A stretch of DNA of 64,000 nt, taken from Anthoceros angustus. Its lineage: Eukaryota; Plantae; Anthocerotophyta. Positions 60,016 to 64,000 of this stretch are shown here, piece after piece. The position numbers were made by a program, and so were the translations under genes. Below the pieces are notes generated by a model. It was not told the origin of the DNA. It saw nothing but the letters and a program-made list of their open reading frames with translations, and did no database searches. The number at the start of each line of letters is the position of its first letter. The stretch's first letter is position 1. The DNA lies in contig MU008188.1 of NCBI GenBank assembly GCA_010909165.1, positions 558,001 to 622,000 of the forward strand. The letters run 5' to 3'.

Positions 60016-63000
60016 ATGGATCAGGTCTTCTTGCAGATCCGGACTGACCTTGCCTCCAATGATGGCATGCGACAGGCGCAGGCGCTGCTTGTGGCTCTTC
60101 AACATGCTGCTGCGGGGCGAGATGTGTCCTCCATCTCCAAGGTTGCCTGCGACGAGATCATCGCAAGCCCGGCAAGCGCAGTGTGCAAAAAGCTTGCCTT
60201 CGACCTCATCCGCAGTACACGGCTCAACGCAGATCAATGGGAGACTGTGTGCAGGGGTATTAGGAATGATTTTGACTTTCCGGACTCCGATGTCACTGCT
60301 GCTGCTGTCTCCTTTCTAGCTGCCATACCGTCCTGGAGGCTGGGAAGGTTAATTACTGATTGCTCCAAGGAAATTTCCAGCTGCATCATTAGTGACAATG
60401 CAAATCTGAGGTACGCAATTGTTGATACGCTGGGGTGCATCCTGGCAAGAGACGACATGGTTACCTTGTGCGCAACCAGCGCGACATTGCTAGACAAAGT
60501 TGGTGTTTGGTGGACACAAATTGGTCAGAGCATGCTCGATCAATCGGATGCCGTGTCATGGATCGCGTTTGAGGGAGTTGGGCGTCTTTTTCAGGAGTAT
60601 GCCTCCAATAGGTTAAGTCGCTTGGCAGGGGATAAACTAGTCTCCAGTGAGGCAGCCCTTGCCATACGATCGCACTGGGTTGCAGCCATGTGCAGGTGAG
60701 TGGGTTCCATTACTCTTCTACACATTATGATCCTGTTTCGGCTCTCGGACTTCTGAAGTTGCGCAAATTGTTGCCACAGATTTGTATGGGACAAGCGGGA
60801 CATTTTGATGGCTCGCTCTCTTGTCCTGCCGTTGGAGAGCATGCGGGCCACTGTCTTTCCTCTCGTGTTTGCTGTCAAGGCTGTGGCCACCAGGATGGTG
60901 GATAGAATGCAGGTTCTTTCAGGACCCGATGGGACTGTACGCAGTCAGGACGAGCAGATGGCTGTTTTCAACGCCGAAAGAATTCTTGCAGTCTCGGATG
61001 TGGTCTCCCACTTTGCCCCCTTCCTGTCAGCTCTTGAGCCTGCCCTTATTCACGAGATCGGCGTCAATCTTCTATCTCTTGCAGACGTTCCAGGAGGTAA
61101 ACCAGAGTGGGCTGCGGCCCCAATCATTGCGCTTCTTACATTATGGGATCGTCAGGAGTTCAGTGCTGGGAGGGAGACAATTGTTAGGGCTGTGGTGAAG
61201 AATTTGCATCTGCTGGATTTTCATTTACAGGCAAGTGCAGCTCGACCTTCCCACTGCTTCTTCTCGTTGTTGCTGAGCTACCTCATCTTTCCACGTCAGG
61301 GACTTAGCAGCTTTATTGTCATGTAGGTCTCTCTCTTCAAAAGGTTGCTCCTTATGGTGCGGAACTTGAGAGTAGAAGCAGACCGGATGGATGCCTTGGC
61401 TTCCATCTGCCGGACAGCCCTGTCCGTGGATCTGTTTGCTAAAGAAAGTGTAAGACGGGGCCAGAAGCCGCTTCCTGGAACTGACATTGTATCTATGTTC
61501 GAAGAGCCCAAGATCAAGGAAGAAATGGTTGGCATAAGCAGTCCTAGCCTGTTCAGAGAAGAGCTCGTGGCGTGCCTGGTTGAGAGTTGCTTCCAGCTCT
61601 CCCTCCCTTTTCCCAAATTGAAGGCAACCAATCCAGAAAGTCGAGCTGTCGGTGCCTTGGTGTATGGAACTGGCTATGGGTCAATGAGCTGGACTCAAAC
61701 AGCTCTTGAGGTGGTTGAGGTTTGTAGGCCATGTGTCCGTTGGGATTGCCAGGGAAGAACTTATGCGATGGACTGTTACTTGAAGCTGCTTGTAACCCTT
61801 TGCTGTGTCTATGATACGATTGGAGGGATTAAAAAGGCCAAGGATGGAGCTTCACCAGAGCAGATTCTGGCTGAGACGCGCTTGGCTGCTCTCCAGAGGC
61901 AGCTCGTCAGAGACCTCCCTGAGGTGAGTTCTACTGGTAGCCTTCATTCTGTCCAATCCAGGTGTGTCAAGTCTTTTCCCTTGCTATGGATGGGACTTTA
62001 GCAGTTTTGTGTATTATCTTTCAGGTGGCCACCTCACGAGTTCGATCTCGCATCATTTGGGCTCTTGCCGAGCATTTCGACCTAGAAAGTCTGGATCCTC
62101 TTCTGGCCGATGATCCTGAGGATCCTCTAAATATCCTCGTTGACAACATCCATAAAGTGTTGTTTAATGTGGATGGTGCTATGAGTGCTGCCACAAACAG
62201 GCTTCAGGATGTCCAGGCAGCCCTTCTCTGTGCGCGACATCTGGGTTCACAAAATCTGCGTGCATTGCAGCTGCTGACAAAGGAAGTGGACGATTTTAGG
62301 AGTAGCAACTTGGCTGATGCGGTAAACAAGCACCAGTGTCGGCTCATATTGCAAGTTTTCCGCTACATATCCAAACATCCTGAGTCTAGGTGAGCTGGTA
62401 TACTCATTGCTTGCTGTCAGTAGGTGCCGTAGTGTGTTGGGGTGAGACACTTTTGAGGGCATAGTTATGCTGACACATGTTATGCTTACTCCTAACTTGC
62501 CACCACCAGGTGGATTGGAGTGGCTCCTGCTAGTGGTGATTATCCTTTCAGCCACCACAAGCTGTCTGTGCAGTATTTCGATGCATCTGCAGCTCAAGAT
62601 CGAAAGCTGGAAGATCTTGTTCATACTGCTGTTGAGGAACTCTGGAGACCACGACCTACAGAGCTTGAACTCGTCACAAGCAAAAATCCTGCCTTAGCAC
62701 AGTACAGGGCTCCTCCAAGGGTGCAGACGATGTCAGGCAGCAGTGACCCATGCTATATCGAATCTTACCATTTGACTAATGCAACTGACCGAAGGTTGAC
62801 ATTACATCTGAAGGTACGCGGTGGTCGGAACTGGGCACGTCAGTGTTGTGCTGTTTGATATGTAGCTCGTTTCACAATGTGGGTAAATGATCAGGTAATC
62901 AACATGACAGAGCTGGAACTTGGCCGGGTTGACATACGTGTTGGACTTGGTGGTTCTCTAAGCTTCATGGATTCTGGAGTCCAAGCTATCCGGGAGCTGC

Positions 63001-64000
63001 ATAAGCTTCCTTCACAGGCATGTTTTATGGGCGGAAAAGTAGCAAGTGAAGTTTCTCGCTTGTTTCTTTTGAGTGGGGTATTTTGGTGCTCATACTCAAC
63101 TTCTTGTTACGCAGGATCCAATCCTCTGTAGTGTGACCGTTGGAGTATCAAAGTTTGAGCACTGTTCTCTTTATGTGCAAGTACTGCACTATCCTTACCA
63201 TGGCTCAGGCAACACAGGTGCTGATGAGGGTCTGTCTGCGGAGGATGATGGTTTGCAAGGAGTTCGGCTCAGGAGAAGCATTCGGCCAGAGTTTGGTGAG
63301 CCTGTGGTGCTCAGGTGTCGACCTTACAGAATCCCACTCAATGAGCTTCTGTTGCCAAGGAAGTGCTCACCAGTCGAATTTTTCCACATCTGGCCAAGTT
63401 TGCCGGCGGTTGTGGAGTTTACAGGGGCTTATAACTATAAGAGTAGTTTGATTAAGTCGTCTGCATGGGACACTGATAGTCCACATTTTCTCATTGGGTT
63501 GAAGGCCTTTGCATCTAAGCCGTTTCACAAAGTCTGTTCGCACGTCCTACGGTCCGTTGGTGGTTTCCAGGTAATGTACTTCTATAGCAAAATGTTTTGA
63601 GGTACTGTTGCCTTTGCCTGCAATTTGTGGAGTAAGATGGTTGTTGATGGCTGTGCGGGTTATTGTGCCTCACAGACTTGCTATGCTGCCACAACATGGT
63701 ATGGCGATTTCCTTGGGATGCTAATTTTTGGGGCCAGCGAAGTGAGCGGAGGCGTGGACTTAGGGGACGAGAACAGAAGAATGCTCTGCAGATTTGTGCT
63801 TGGTGCCTCGTCCTCAGCCATTCTGGATGAGATTATGCTGGATCCGCAACTTTGGTTGGATGATTTGAGTGAAGACGCGTTGCACGTAATTCCAGAGGCA
63901 GACGTCCAGTTGGCTGCAGACGAGAAACTTCGAAAGTTGAATGAGCGACATGCCCTTCCCAAGTTAGCAGGACCCTCTCCCGTCGTAGAGGTACAGGAGT
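60016..64000 (+). CDS. TPLATE: TPLATE endocytic adaptor subunit, runs off the window; exons 60016-60695, 60780-61230, 61327-61923, 62025-62389, 62510-62813, 62895-63017, 63115-63570, 63676->64000
   Basis: MDQVFLQIRTDLASND..QHAAAGRDVS..EIIASPASAVCKKLAFDLIRSTRL, DVPGGKPEWA, LDPLLADDPEDPLNI and GDYPFSHHKL match TPLATE. Exons join in frame. Confidence 0.96.

Overview
Eukaryotic nuclear DNA from a land plant, most likely a hornwort. The evidence is short ~80-110 bp introns, GC-rich genes, and a PLS-class PPR protein whose PG box reads PGQSWW, the hornwort-associated DYW:WW type; this assignment is inference. Five host genes are clear: a 26-motif PLS-E1-E2 PPR editing factor with a truncated DYW domain (21748-25290, -), a group-E bZIP (28534-30221, +), a very long class-B heat-shock factor (54742-57132, +), THO3/TEX1 (57563-59765, -) and TPLATE (60016->64000, +). 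THO3 and TPLATE are head-to-head. Between bZIP and HSF lies a TE-rich stretch: a deleted pogo-type element, a three-layer nest (Harbinger > Copia RNase H fragment > rearranged Copia with extra ORFs), a MITE, minisatellites, a duplicated unit carrying kb-long (ATCATT)n arrays, and a split tRNA-Asp-like relic. The first ~20.5 kb is an unexplained GC-rich block. It holds four frameshifted, apparently coding segments with no homologue I recognise, separated by inverted, CATG-rich ~190-bp satellite spacers and peppered with 0.7-1.5 kb tandem duplications. This is the best candidate for an undescribed large mobile element. Many of its indels look like long-read consensus errors.
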